Part shown: one piece after another, positions 26,020 to 39,402 of the stretch | Layout: each line of letters starts with the position of its first letter | How positions within the stretch are numbered: position 1 is the stretch's first letter | Assembly: GCF_006345805.1 (NCBI RefSeq) | Contig: NW_021835465.1 | Location: forward strand, 6,593-70,592 | DNA from: Octopus sinensis | Lineage: Eukaryota | Direction: 5' to 3' | Length of the DNA stretch: 64,000 nucleotides | Notes under the pieces: model-generated | The model's database searches: none | Seen by the model: the letters and a program-made list of their open reading frames with translations, nothing else | Told to the model about the DNA's origin: nothing | Translations under genes and position numbers: made by a program

Positions 26020-26043
26020 TGACGGGCTGCTTTCAGTTTCCGT
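25753..26043 (-). mobile_element. SINE-A, 5'-truncated
   Basis: Consensus match of the 3' two-thirds. Confidence 0.85.
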
Positions 26044-26361
26044 TGGTACAGAAACAATTGTAAGGAATCATTAAAGATATGTTAAAGAATTTTCTTTGTT
26101 TTTTTCTTAACATTTGGTATATATATATATACACATTGTAAAACATAACTGTCATCACTACTACATGAACCTGAAGATTACATAGTTTAATGCATGAAAG
26201 TACTTGTTCAACCAGAATCGATCATTATTATACTCTATCACTTCATTATATAACATATTCTTATATCATATTATTATAAGATTGCAAATAAAACGTGAAA
26301 ATCAGATAAAATTGGAATTTCTTTGAGTAATATATTCTTCTATACACAATCATACACACCC

Positions 26362-26439
<78 letters not shown>

Positions 26440-26620
26440 CAAAATGTAACCACGTGTGAATCGTTGGCGATTTTTTCCCTCTCGTCTTCCTTTCTATTGG
26501 AACTCCTCTGCTTCTCAAGAAGACTTTTGCTCGAACGTAAACCATATTCTTTCCTTCCCTGAGCGTCTGCTACTACTTTACATGTACCACGTCCTTGCGT
26601 TGTTGTTTTTTTATGTTTGC
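26440..26620 (+). mobile_element. PLE-associated repeat end (family HB) with decayed HHR-like motif at ~26510-26543
   Basis: Homologous to the reverse complement of 37270-37450. Confidence 0.5.
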
Positions 26621-26636
26621 TGTTTTTTTTGCGATT

Positions 26637-26704
<68 letters not shown>

Positions 26705-26745
26705 TGTATATGTATATATATAATATATATATATATATACATATG

Positions 26746-26791
<46 letters not shown>

Positions 26792-27029
26792 CATATGTAT
26801 ATATTAGTCTGCCTCTCATTCTCTACCGTCCCACACCTTCTTAATACCGTTATACTCAGTACACACACCACGCACACACATACACACTTAACAAACCACA
26901 GAAGAACACACACACGACTCGCACAAAGTAATCGCACACACATTAGCTGCTACACACGTACACACACGCATCTGATAGCTTCACACACTCCCACACATAC
27001 ACACACTTGGTTGCAAACACACACACTTT

Positions 27030-27270
27030 AGCCAGGTTACTGTTGTCTCTCTATCCACACTTATCTCCATCTACTTCCTTCTGGTCAGTTCAACATGTGC
27101 AACCGTTAACCCGGACACCTTCCTTTCTCTCTCAGATTTTTCCCCCTCGCCATCTATTTTCTCTTCTTATTCCTTTCTGTAGAAGGGCGTAGGCTTGAAA
27201 CAGCGAAGACTTCTTCCATTTTGCCCGAGTGTCAATCTAATACACCCAGCTTGCTGTTCCCCCTCACTTA
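27030..27270 (+). mobile_element. Family HA repeat end with HHR-like motif at 27172-27210
   Basis: CTTT-CTGTAGA-A-GGGC-GTAG-GCTT-GAAAC-AGC-GAAG. Confidence 0.5.
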
Positions 27271-28076
27271 TCTATCTTTTTTTCTTTTACTGTACAAATT
27301 TGAATCACACACACATATATATATAATTTTAAATTAATAATAAAAGGGTAAAATTATTAATTAAATTAATTAATATATCAATTAATTAATAATTTTACCA
27401 AGTAGATCGGTACGTTAAAATAACCTTTATAGGTAAAATTATACAAATATTTTATCATTATATACATAATTATAAAATTATGGTGGTAATAGTGTTTTTG
27501 ACGTCTATTTTTTCGGTGCGTGATGAGGCACAAACCAAGCCCTGGTTATGAGTATGCATATAGTTATAATATATAATATTATATATAACGTATATATATA
27601 TATATATATATATACATATATATATGAAATAAGGGCAAAAGAAAAATTCTAATGCCAAATATGCCGAATATAGACAAAATTGTCAATAACCATTATAATT
27701 TTTGCGTCTCGAAACAAGCGGATAGAAATTTCTAAACAATTCCGTTATTACCGTATTGGTCCCAATTTCAGAGTTATTTCATAAGAATTTTCTCCTCCTC
27801 AACGATAAATACGTTAGACATAAATGAAATACTTATATATATATATATATCATATATAAACCAGGTTGATTCGGCCCAATATTACAGAAAGTTTCGTAAT
27901 TGTCATACAAACACCTATCTCGTCGGGCTCAGTTAACTGAATGGAGGCGTTACGTCAAGTCCGAGACTGCCACTGGAAACTGGGGTGCCATTGGTCAAGG
28001 CGTATCACGTGATGTTGCTAGAAGTGAGATCTACATTCCTGCGACAACAGATGTATTTAAAGGGATAACCTCTGTG

Positions 28077-28111
<35 letters not shown>

Positions 28112-28820
28112 CTGTGTGCGCCTGTGAGTGTCAATGTATGTACACATTCACCAGTAATTACATTATAATCACTGCCAAGACGGCGACGACGCCCTCTAAC
28201 ACCATCATCACCACCATCACCATCAATACCACCGCCACCACCACCAGCACCAGCACCACCAGCACCACCACCACTACCACCATCACCACCATCACCACTA
28301 CCTACACCACTACGAGTATCCTGTAAATTCCTTAAACTTACGTAAATAACTGAATTGTAGTCAGTGTTTGATGTTGTATGGGTTTGTCATGTGACGTACA
28401 GCTTTTACATCTCCTCCTAAATAGAGAGCTCCAGCTGTTTTATAGGCCTCAAATACTCTGATATGCTGTACTGGAGTTAGGAATTCTCACATTGGAGACA
28501 AACGTTGTACATTTTCACACACAGACACACGTAAACACCCTCACGCACAATCTCATATCCACTGCTACACTCTTCGGACATACACGAACTTACACGCACA
28601 TCTGCTTGTGCGTGTTTATGGGTGCACTTATAAAATAAGTACACAGAAACATGTGTAACAACAATATACATTCAAATATATAACCACATATATTATTATC
28701 CATCTATCTATCTATCTATTTATCTATCTATCTGTTTGTCTATCTATCTATCTATCTATCTATGTAGCAAAGATGGTGCGTGCGAGTGACGAAACCACTT
28801 TAAGCATGATCCTATAAATC

Positions 28821-28860
<40 letters not shown>

Positions 28861-28892
28861 ACTTAGCTCTCATGTGTTTATTCTCTCCCTGC

Positions 28893-29143
28893 CTGAGGTT
28901 ACCGTGGTATTTTCCGTAGGCTTTTCTTTCCACGGATAAACCTAGTCTTGCTTCTTACATTCTAAAAATTTCTTCTATGATACACGATCCCTTTTGATCG
29001 CCTTTTTTTCCCCCCGACCCCTTTTGATCGGAATTTTACTTTTTTTGCCATTTACCCCTTTTTCTTTTTCATTTTCGAAAAGAAAAGTTCTACATTTGTA
29101 TTTATCCCCTCTGTGTTCAGCCCTTGTGGCCAATAAAGAAAGT
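28893..29143 (+). mobile_element. Tx1/L1-like LINE 3' UTR followed by (TATC)n to ~29218
   Basis: Homologous to 6010-6305. Confidence 0.8.
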
Positions 29144-29144
29144 C

Positions 29145-29209
<65 letters not shown>

Positions 29210-29314
29210 ACTATCTACCCGCGTGGGTATGAGTATGAGTGTATCAGACTTAGAAATCTATATTCTCATAAAGCATGCCATAATACATACATACATACAT
29301 ACATACATACACAT

Positions 29315-29545
29315 TTCTTTACTACCCACAAGGGGCTAAACATAGAGGGGACAAACAAGGACAGACAAACGGATTAAGTCGATTACATAGACCCCAGGGC
29401 GAAACTGGTACTTTATTTATCGACCCCGAAAGGATGAAAGGCAAAGTCGACCTCGGCGGAATTTGAACTCAGAACATAACGGCAGTCGAAATACGGCTAC
29501 GCATTTCGCCCAGCGTGCTAACGTTTCTGTCAGCTCGCCGCCTTG
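29315..29545 (-). mobile_element. SINE-B full-length, tail A
   Basis: Consensus match. Confidence 0.9.
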
Positions 29546-29669
29546 TTACATACATACATACATGCATATATTCATACATACATGTGTGTATAAATACGTA
29601 CATACTTTCTCACAGATTTTTATATATAAAATAGCATGCATACATATGTGTTCGTATACAGTCATGTAC

Positions 29670-29704
<35 letters not shown>

Positions 29705-29711
29705 TTAAATA

Positions 29712-31572
29712 AATACCTGCATGAAGACTATCATCAATAACCAAAGAACAGATGAGGAGAAATGGACCATTGGAAAATCAAACTCAACCCCAAAGTGCTT
29801 TTCTCTTTTGCAAAAAACCACAAGGTCATTTTCCACTGTTGGCCCTCTAATTGATGAAAATGGCACTCTCCAAGATAATGCCAAAACCACGAGTGAGATA
29901 CTGCAGAAACAGTACTGCTCTGTTGTTAGCAATCCTGATATGGCTGATCTGGACTGTGTCAGTGATGTTAATCCTCAACACAATATATCGGGCATAACGT
30001 TTGATATCTTAGCGGCAGTAAACGAAATTAAATACAATTCAGCAGTAGGCCCCGATAGGTTCCCTGCTTGTGTCTTGAAGGTGTGTCGACACCATCTTGT
30101 ATCTCCTCTTGCTAATCTGTGGAGGAACTCAATGGATGCTGGTTATATCCTTGAGAACTTTCTGTCCCAGTCTGTTTCAGTTTTCAAAAAAGGGAAACAA
30201 GTCCCTTGCAGTGAACTCCCGGCCGATCTCGCTCATCTCTGATATCATCAAGGTACTTCAGAGGGTGGTGAGGTCACAGATAACCCAATTTCTTGAAAGC
30301 AACAGACTGATGAACCCCAACCAACATGGGTTCCGTAATGGAAGGAACTGCCTAACGCAGCTCCTGCATCACCTTGATGACATTTTGAGAGCTTTGGGAG
30401 AGGGCTCGAATACTGATGTCATCTACCTTAATTTCAACAAGGCCTTTGACAGCGTGGATCATAAGATCCAACATTGGTGTCTCTGGAAAGTTACTACAAT
30501 GGATCAAGTGTTTCCTGACAGGCAGAACCCAACACGTTGTAGTCGAAGGAGTAAGATTAAACCCAGCCAAAGTCAGTAGTGGTGTTCCACAGGACACTGT
30601 GTTGGGCCCACTTCTTTTCATCATCTACATCAATGACATTACTGACATCACCCAGCACAGCAACATAAGAAACTTTGCAGATGATTCCAAGATCAAGAAG
30701 GTCATCAATGAAGTGGGTGACCGGGCATGCTTTCAGTCAGATCTACTGGTTGTCATCCAATGCGCGGAAAATAATATGTTGCTGAACGAGGACAAATTTC
30801 GGAAAAGAGGATACTCTGAAACTCCCATACTCACTTCCTTCAGGTGAAACTCTCATGGCATCCAACAACATCGAATACTTGGGAATAATTGTGGACAACG
30901 ACATAAGCTGGGCCACTTATATAAATTGCAAAGTTGACATGACCCGCAGAATGTGGTCTTCGATTCTCAGAACTTTCCATTCGAGAGATATCCACACCAT
31001 TATCCCCCACTTCTCTACTTTTGCTCGACCTCACCTTGAATACTGTTATTCACTGTGGTTTCCCCACACGAAACAAACTACCATGAAAAGTGAAGCACGT
31101 CAAAGGTCAATTACAAAAAAGATAGATGGCACGATAGGCCTTGACTACTGGGGGTCGACTAGAAAAGCTCAAGCTTTATTCTCTCCAAAGCCGTGGGCGC
31201 TACATCATCTGCACGATGTGGAAAATATTCCATCAGCATTGCCCAAATGATATTTGGCATCGCCTTTAAGATACGCCCAAGACTTGGACCCTGTGCTATA
31301 TGCCCACAACATACATCATACTCGCAGCACATAACAACAATACGGTACAATTATTTCACCTCAATTGGCCCCACTCTCTTTAACATTACACCAAAACACC
31401 TTAACACAGACAAATTCCTTAAAAAATCCCCGGTTAGACCTCCTACACGCGGATGTCTCGTAAATAATAACTCTCTCCTCTAGTTGGCCATGTTGTCCGA
31501 TTCCTGATTTGAATGACTTTGCCAGGTGGTGACATTAAGTTAGACATAGCCTTGCCCAATACCGTCGAAACC
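29712..31572 (+). mobile_element. CR1-group (CR1/L2/Daphne-like) LINE, RT region with frameshifts
   Basis: RPISLIS...QHGFRNGRNCLTQLL...DVIYLNFNKAFDSVDH; SGVPQDTVLGPLLFIIYINDI; FADDSKI; RPHLEYC. Confidence 0.9.
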
Positions 31573-32837
31573 TCTCTCTCTCTCTCTCTCTCTCTCCACA
31601 CACACAAACACATATATATACACATACGTACATACATACATACATACATCATACATACATACATACATACATACCAGATTAAGCACATAAATGTGAAACA
31701 AGGTGAGATAAAACAGTACTCAGATACTGGAGAGAGAGTAATATACTTTATCATTAAAACTGCAAAAACATCACAAAATCATCACAAAAACTGCTACTCA
31801 GAGTTTCATATTCCTGTTCGTTGGAAAGTTGTAATTAAGAACTGTCATATATATGAATATATACAATATATATATATATATATATATATTATGTATGTGT
31901 GTGTGTGTGTATAAATTATGTAGATATATGTATATGTGTGTGTGTGTATGTATGTATGCATGTATGTATGTATATATATATACACACACATATATGCATA
32001 CATACATTTAGGCACACGTGCACGCGCACACGCGCACATACATATGTAGATATATAAATACATTTAATCTTGTTGCCACATGTACACACTCATATACTCG
32101 TATTTATACACATGGATGTTTGTTTTTGTACAGATACATGGACTAATTAACCTACACACACGCATACGCGCACGTGTATACATATGCATACACACACACA
32201 CACACACCACACACATATATATATATATATATACACATATACAAAAACACATGGTTATGCATACGTATTCATAAAAATATAACATATACATAATGATTTT
32301 AAATGCAATGCACCAGTACACTCATACACACACACACACATATCTATATACATATATATACAAATATATATATATGATTTGTGTGTGTGTTTGAGCAAAT
32401 TGCACCCACAAACTCGGTCTGTGACATATGAATAATCAACGAAATGACGCAACTGTACACGACTTTATCAACAACATAGCAACCACCATATGCTGGAAAT
32501 CATAGCATACGACTTGAAGAGAGCATGTGAAAGATAGATTTTGGAGTCACTTTGAAACACGATAGCAATCTGTTCGTTTTCTTCAACTTCAATCTTGACA
32601 ATGCTTACGGCCATTAAGTTCTCCTCGGAATATTACTTCCGGATCGTAGGCAATCAGAAATTCTCTTTGACATGCTAAAAATGTTTTATGAGTTTGAAGC
32701 ATTATCTTTATAGTTTTGAAGTTTGGTTCGTATCTTTGTTTTTCTGTGTTCGATATCATCGCCCGTGGTATGTGGCAGAAAGCTAAGCTTTGTAACGTAT
32801 CCGTGGATTGATGGAAGCCTTTCGAATCATACAGTTC

Positions 32838-32953
32838 GTCCTCGTCTTGTTTGTTGTTAACACAACGTTTCGGCTGATATACCCTCCAGCCTTCATCAAG
32901 TGTCTTGGGGAAATTTCGAACCTGGGTTCTCATTCCTAAAGCGTTTTTCGATG
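32838..32953 (-). mobile_element. Inverted copy of the HHR-bearing tail of the adjacent element
   Basis: Reverse complement of 33299-33412; HHR at 32859-32904. Confidence 0.9.
32859..32904 (-). ncRNA. Minimal type I hammerhead motif (C3U copy)
   Basis: GACAC-TTGATGA-A-GGCTG-GAGGGTATAT-CAGCC-GAAAC-GTT-GTGTT. Confidence 0.75.
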
Positions 32954-32963
32954 TTTATTATTA

Positions 32964-33007
<44 letters not shown>

Positions 33008-33010
33008 GTA

Positions 33011-33099
33011 TGCCCACGGGCATATGGCTTAGCGGTTAAGAGCGCGAGCTACTAACCCTAAGATTCCGAGTTCGATTCCAGGCAGTGACCTGAATAATA

Positions 33100-33141
<42 letters not shown>

Positions 33142-33187
33142 TGATAATAACAATAACAATAAAATAATAATAATAAGAATAATAATA

Positions 33188-33232
<45 letters not shown>

Positions 33233-33241
33233 TAACCAATA

Positions 33242-33288
<47 letters not shown>

Positions 33289-33412
33289 CAATAATAACTT
33301 CGAAAAATGCTTTAGGAATGAGAACCCAGGTTCGAAATTTCCCCAAGACACCTGATGAAGGCTGGAGGGTATATCAGCTGAAATGTTGTGTCAACAACAA
33401 ACAAGATGAGGA
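33011..33412 (+). mobile_element. tRNA-headed SINE-like element: tRNA head, (TAA)n spacer, hammerhead-bearing tail
   Basis: A box TGGCTTAGCGG 33025-33035, B box GAGTTCGATTCC 33068-33079, (TAA)n 33093-33298, HHR 33347-33392. Confidence 0.8.
33347..33392 (+). ncRNA. Minimal type I hammerhead motif
   Basis: GACAC-CTGATGA-A-GGCTG-GAGGGTATAT-CAGCT-GAAAT-GTT-GTGTC; predicted cleavage after 33387. Confidence 0.8.
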
Positions 33413-33559
33413 TATTATATTGTTATTATCATCATCATTATCATTATTATTATATATACGTATGCCAATGATAATAGCACACGCACTGGTCCAATATAAT
33501 TTCTTTACTTGTAGTCAATTGTTTGAATAACAAAGAAGTGGTATTGAGCCAGTGCATTT

Positions 33560-33901
33560 GTTATTATCACTGGCGTAATGACCTTTCCAATGCACAATAA
33601 GATTTGTTTCAACACAAATTCGCATCAAGTATTTTGCAAAAAAACGGACAAGAACAAATTAAATGGAATAAAATGTAATTATTGATTCTCTAAGTTTATG
33701 TCTGGTGAAATGGAATTGCTTCAAAAAATCGGAAATACACGTTGCTACTGTCATATCGATAGCAATCCAAATGAAATCGATTATATCGGAATGACTGCGA
33801 ACGAATTAACGCGTCAGCATAAATCTTCACTGCAAACAGAGCGACGAAGAATTGATTTGGATTAGATCACACATTCAGTTCAAGAGTCATACACACACAC
33901 G

Positions 33902-33981
<80 letters not shown>

Positions 33982-34150
33982 ACAAGTCATCACCATAGCA
34001 CTTTTCGAAAAAGTAAAGCACACTAACCCTCGAAAAAAGACCAGTATGTTGGCAATTAAATATTGTAATTCATGTACGACGGAAAAGCGACTCATTTGGA
34101 AATACCAAAATCTTTTAAACAAACATTCAGGAAATAAATTCCATCTATTT
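33560..34150 (+). mobile_element. PLE GIY-YIG remnant interrupted by (CA)n
   Basis: IDYIGMTANELTRQHKSS ... YCNSCTTEKRLIWKYQNLLNKHSG. Confidence 0.6.
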
Positions 34151-35242
34151 ACAAAATCCCTATGATATTATAACTAGGAGTAAATGAAATTATATTGACA
34201 TTTTCAGTATATTTTTTTCACACTTGCTACATGCACACAGACGCACACACAGACTTACACACACATGCATATGTTTGTATAATGCATGTATGTGTGTGTG
34301 TTTATTCTAGAAGAGGCAATTTAGGACTAGCTAGTAGAATTTAATCTAACTTTAGCATGTTATTAAGTAGCCTGAGAAAAATAGTTGTTTTTCGAACAGA
34401 AAAACTAATTATGTTCAAATAATCTCTCTTCTGACTTAATTTAAACCTGAATTAACACGGATCATAGAAATAATTATACATAAACTTATATACATATACA
34501 TACTTTGATACATTCATGCATACATATATACATACATACGTACGTACATACTTACATATGTATATATATTATATATATATATACATACTTACATATGTAT
34601 ATATATATATAATATATATATATATAATATATATACATACACATCTATTTATATATACAACATGTGTGTATGTGTATGTAGGTATACATGTGTATATGTT
34701 TTTATGCGCATAATCTTTCGATAAATACACACACACACACACACACTAATATAGTGGGTTAAAAATTACACAAAGGCACACATACGCTCTCGCACACACA
34801 AACATACATGTTTATGTGTGAATATGTGTGCGCGTGCTTGAGCGTGTGCGTGCCTTTGTGTAATTTCTAACCGCACATATTAGAAATTATTTTTATATTT
34901 CTATTCATTTCAAAGTGTACCACTAATTCTAAGAGAGGTATTATTTACTGCTTTCTATATTTAGAAACAGAAGTTCTGGCCAAACACTAAATGACCGAAG
35001 TGGAATCTGATCCCAGGAATCAAAGCAAATACTGTGAAGCATTCAATACAACGCTGTAGTGACTACCGTTTTGCGCGCATGCGCGCACACGCACACATAC
35101 ATGTATGTATAATATGTATGTGTGTCATTTTTCAGTTTTATTTAAAGATTTCTTGCCATCAAAGTACCGGTTTCTAATAAAGTCTCCTTCATTGGAATTT
35201 TAACATCAACAACAGGATATTTTTGTATAATATGTATGTATA

Positions 35243-35665
35243 GGCACAGGAGTGGCTGTGTGGTAAGTAGCTTGCTAACCAACCACATGGTTCCGGGTTC
35301 AGTCCCACTGCGTGGCATCTTGGGCAAGTGTCTTCTGCTATAGCCCCGGGCCGACCAATGCCTTGTGAGTGGATTTGGTAGACGGAAACTGAAAGAAGCC
35401 TGTCGTATATATGTATATATATATATAAGTGTGTGTGTATATGTTTGTGTGTCTGTGTTTGTCCCCCTTGCATTGCTTGACAACTGATGCTGGTGTGTTT
35501 ACGTCCCCGTCACTTAGCGGTTCGGCAAAAGAGACCAATAGAATAAGTACTGGGCTTACAAAGAATAAGTCCCAGGGTCGATTTGCTCGACTAAAAGGCG
35601 GTGCTCCAGCATGGCCGCAGTCAAATGACTGAAACAAGTAAAAGAGTAAAAAGAGTAAAAGAAGA
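35243..35665 (+). mobile_element. SINE-A full-length
   Basis: Consensus match. Confidence 0.9.
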
Positions 35666-35739
35666 GTATGTGTGTATTTATGTACGTATATTTGCAGATT
35701 TGTATGTTTTTTTTTATGTATGTATTCTTATGCATATAG

Positions 35740-36310
35740 TTTCGTATCTAGACATGCTCATATATACTTAAATAATAAAGGAAAGTTTTACAGATTTTTA
35801 CAGTTCCAATGATGGATTCGATCTGTAGTCTTCGAATTAGCTTCCTCCTTCCTGGTTTTGAGAAGCCTAATTTCTCAAGATTGGTATTTAGGCAGTGTGT
35901 TACATATCCCGGAGCCCCAATAATTACAGGTACAAACCTGAACCTGTAATCCGGATCGAGTAACTGTAGGTTTCTCAATAGTTCAGTATAGGTGTTCTCT
36001 TTTTCACTGATCTTCATCTTTATGTTAACATCCGTTGAGCAGCTAATTTTCACACTCTAAACAGTTTCTCTTCTCTATCCCAGATCATTATATCAAGTCT
36101 GTTGTGCTTATATTTTATTCAGGTTTTCACTGGGACATTCCACCAGGACTCCTTTTTATTATGAATGCCTATGGCTTTTACCATACTGTGGGTTCTTATT
36201 TCTTTGACCTCGGGGTTATCCTTCCAACAGGCTTCATTATAGTGTCCTAGCTACAACACCCTGTCTCATCGGTAGATAATACCGGGATTACATTTTCGGA
36301 CAACTGCTTA
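35740..36310 (-). mobile_element. RLE-type non-LTR retrotransposon 3' fragment, family distinct from the Dong-like copies
   Basis: CSTDVNIKMKISEKENTYTELLRNLQLLDPDYRFRFVPVIIGAPGYVT, typical RLE C-terminus. Confidence 0.7.
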
Positions 36311-36380
36311 TGACATGGGTGATCTGTATGCATGTATGTATAAACACTCACACAAATCAATATCCCGTATCTAATGTTCA

Positions 36381-36690
36381 TGTGTTGTTTAAACGCCAGA
36401 ATCTGCGATCTTTCGTACAGAAAATTTCCCTTTAAAGATGTTTAGTGCTAAAAAGACACAATATACCTCATACGAGTGATTTCGATTTCGTTTCAGAAGT
36501 GACGCGAGTGAGTGGCATTGATAAGTCATAAATACAACGTAAATCATTTTCTGCCGCACTCGTAATCATTTCTGGGTCGATTTCGTTTTGCTTCACTCTG
36601 AAGCATATTGTGTTTCTTTTTAATACTATACGTCTGTCAAGGGATTTTTCCCAGACGAGAAATCGCAGCTTCTGGCGTTTAAAAAACACA
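36381..36690. mobile_element. MITE, ~310 bp with ~50-bp imperfect TIRs
   Basis: TGTTGTTTAAACGCCAGAATCTGCGAT... versus ...ATCGCAGCTTCTGGCGTTTAAAAAACA. Confidence 0.75.
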
Positions 36691-37269
36691 CGTACGTTAT
36701 ATATGTGATATCAATAATGTTTACATTATAGGACTGCTTGTATTGCATAATTTGAATTTATATACATACACACATATATACAAACATACATACATATACT
36801 ATATATACATACATACATACATACATACATACATACACACACACATATATATATATACACGCACACATATATACATGCAATCCTGCAAGAATACATACAC
36901 ACACACACATATGTATATGCATGCATATATACATGCATATATACATACATACAATTTATGCACAACAAAAGCATTATTAGATTTAAATAACTATCAGTGC
37001 ATCATACTTTAAATAAAGAAATCGGAAATTTATTAGCAGTTTTCGTCCGGATATAATATTTCCTATGTACATGCTGTGTTTAAAAACAATAAATATTGGA
37101 GGCAGACAAACATTGTCCTAGCAGCGGATTGGTCAGAATGCTAGCTGCATTTCTATCTCATTGGTCGTTGACAATAGCGTGCAACCACAACCAGCTTCAT
37201 GAGAACAGAGAGAGAGGGGGGTGATAAATAGAGACAGACAGACAGATATATATATATATATATATAAAG

Positions 37270-37450
37270 ACAACAACGCAAAGAGGTGGAACAATTAAAG
37301 TATTATTAGGCGCTCAGGAAAAAAGGGAAGAAGGAGGGTATGACGTTTCGAGCGGAGCTCTTCGTCGGAAACATAAGAGAAAGAAAGATCCCGAGGTGGG
37401 AGGACAGAGGGAAAAAAACGCGAGTGGTCTTCACGAGGTAAACATACTGA
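37270..37450 (-). mobile_element. Family HB PLE-associated end with HHR-like motif at 37337-37374
   Basis: Minus strand GTTT-CCGACGA-A-GAGC-TCC-GCTC-GAAAC-GTC-ATAC. Confidence 0.65.
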
Positions 37451-37482
37451 AAGGCGGAAGTGATATATATATATATATATAT

Positions 37483-37547
<65 letters not shown>

Positions 37548-37954
37548 TTCATCTCAAAAATGGTCTGAAGAACACCAAAGGCATTTCGGGCTATTTTTGT
37601 CAATTGCATGTACTCGCAGTCAGCCACATATTCGGACGAGAATCAGTCGTGAGTGGCGGCGAGTAAGCACCATTGAAAAGACCACAAGAGGCCAAAATGC
37701 ATCTGGCGCTCTTCTCGCCACTGCTGAGAGGAATTTGTATTCTTTATGCTGTTGTTTATTGTTTGTTTTTGTTCTCAAATATTTTAAAATTGTATTTTAT
37801 AGCTGTATTTGTTACTATTTGTGTGCTTTTGTTGTTGATATATCTATGATTATATATTTTGGGGGGTGAGGGTGGGGTTTCTGCTTGAAATAGTAGGGAA
37901 ATAAAAAAACTTGGAAATTTTTTAATAAATTTAGGACGTTCTATCTTCTTAGAG

Positions 37955-38220
37955 CAAAACATTTTTACCTTTCTGGACTCCAAATTGGACATTGGTACTG
38001 GACTTCGTCATTCTTACCATAAACCAAATGGAGAGGTCCAATACGTGAATCTGAAATTCAACTATTCAAGAGCTGTGATTAATTCCATAACAGAAGTATC
38101 TCATTCGGAATATCAAAGCTCTCCGCTAAAGAGAAGATTTTCTTACAGAATATGGAATATCTTGACGGCGTTTTAGCTAGGGCAGGATGTTCCTAGAAGA
38201 TCTAGTATATTCCCGAGGTA
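37955..38220 (+). mobile_element. PLE RT C-terminal/thumb remnant
   Basis: TFLDSKLDIGTGLRHSYHKPNGEVQYVNLKFNYSRAVINSI resembles FLD..L.L..G...PY.KPN...YV...SNHP. Confidence 0.65.
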
Positions 38221-38479
38221 AACACTAAAAACAGCGAGAAACATTAGAATACGATAGTCGATGCATAAAAGAAATAAAAATCATGGTAACATGAATGATT
38301 ATAAGAATGGACATAGGAATAATATTGCTCATAACCATGATAAAGGTTAGAAATGTATGGTGAAGACAGCTCACCAAGCGAATAATGAAGCTTACCTTCC
38401 AATCAAAAGGATAAATCGTTTAAATAACTCTATTGTCTCCCGTGAACGCCGTGGAAAATATCTGGATAATTCACAGACT

Positions 38480-38865
38480 GGTCACTAGCCAGGCACATGT
38501 AAACGGGCTAAGCATAGCAATACACTCGCCTCCTTATGAGAGCTCAAAATCTCTCGTGGAAGCGCCATCCAACCAAAATGTAAATATATGGGAAACTACC
38601 ACCTGTGTCATCTCTTGTGAAAGCTAGGAGAGTCCAGTTTGCTGGACATTGTTGTAGAGCTGAAAAAGAAGTAATTTCTACTCTTCTCCTCTGGAAGCCA
38701 TCTACTCGCAACACCAGAGGGCGCACACTCTCCTACCCTGATGTAATCTCCAGGGATACAGGCATCCAGCAACAGGACCTCCATAATGCCATGATGGACC
38801 GTGAAGTCTGGCGTAGCATGGTAAATTCCATTGTCTCGACCACGGTCGAACAATGATGAATGATA
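38480..38865 (+). mobile_element. RTE-like LINE 3' end with (TGA)n tail
   Basis: YTRLLMRAQNLSWK...ARRVQFAGHCCRAEKE...LLLWKP...RGR...DREVWR. Confidence 0.75.
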
Positions 38866-39009
38866 GCAATAAGGCGTTTAACTCTGAGAACAACCACAAT
38901 ATTTCATGCAACCAGGAGGGAACTAATGTACTCGAAAATAAACTTTACCAGCATTAATTATGGTAACAAATTTAAGAGAAACAGGGAACACAATAAAAAA
39001 ATTGTTCCC

Positions 39010-39110
39010 TAATTTTGGTACAAGGCCGGGGAATTGGTTAAGTTGATTACATCAACTGCAGTACTCAATTGGTACTTCTTTTATCGACCTCGAAATGATA
39101 AAAGGTAAAC
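39010..39110 (-). mobile_element. SINE-B fragment, old
   Basis: Degenerate tail B and body. Confidence 0.5.
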
Positions 39111-39402
39111 CCCCTTTCTAGCAGGTATAGTAAGATATTCAATTCCGTGAAGTTTGCAGGTCATATTTCACTGCACCTAATTTAGTGGTTCTTAACTTGG
39201 AAAAACTGAACATCTTTAAAATAAATTAACTTACGTGTATTTATTCTGAGCGCATAAAGCAATCGGGGTCTCCCTTTCATGGAACATATCTATCGGGTAT
39301 TGATAGCAGGTTGATATCTTGGTATCTCCTCAGGGTAATAACAATAATAACAGTAACATTGATATAATAAGATCTCCTATAAATGCATACGTAATAATAT
39401 GG

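Noticed and set aside
33011-33092. Functional tRNA gene
   Set aside because: Acceptor and anticodon stems are imperfect and it runs into (TAA)n; interpreted as a SINE head.
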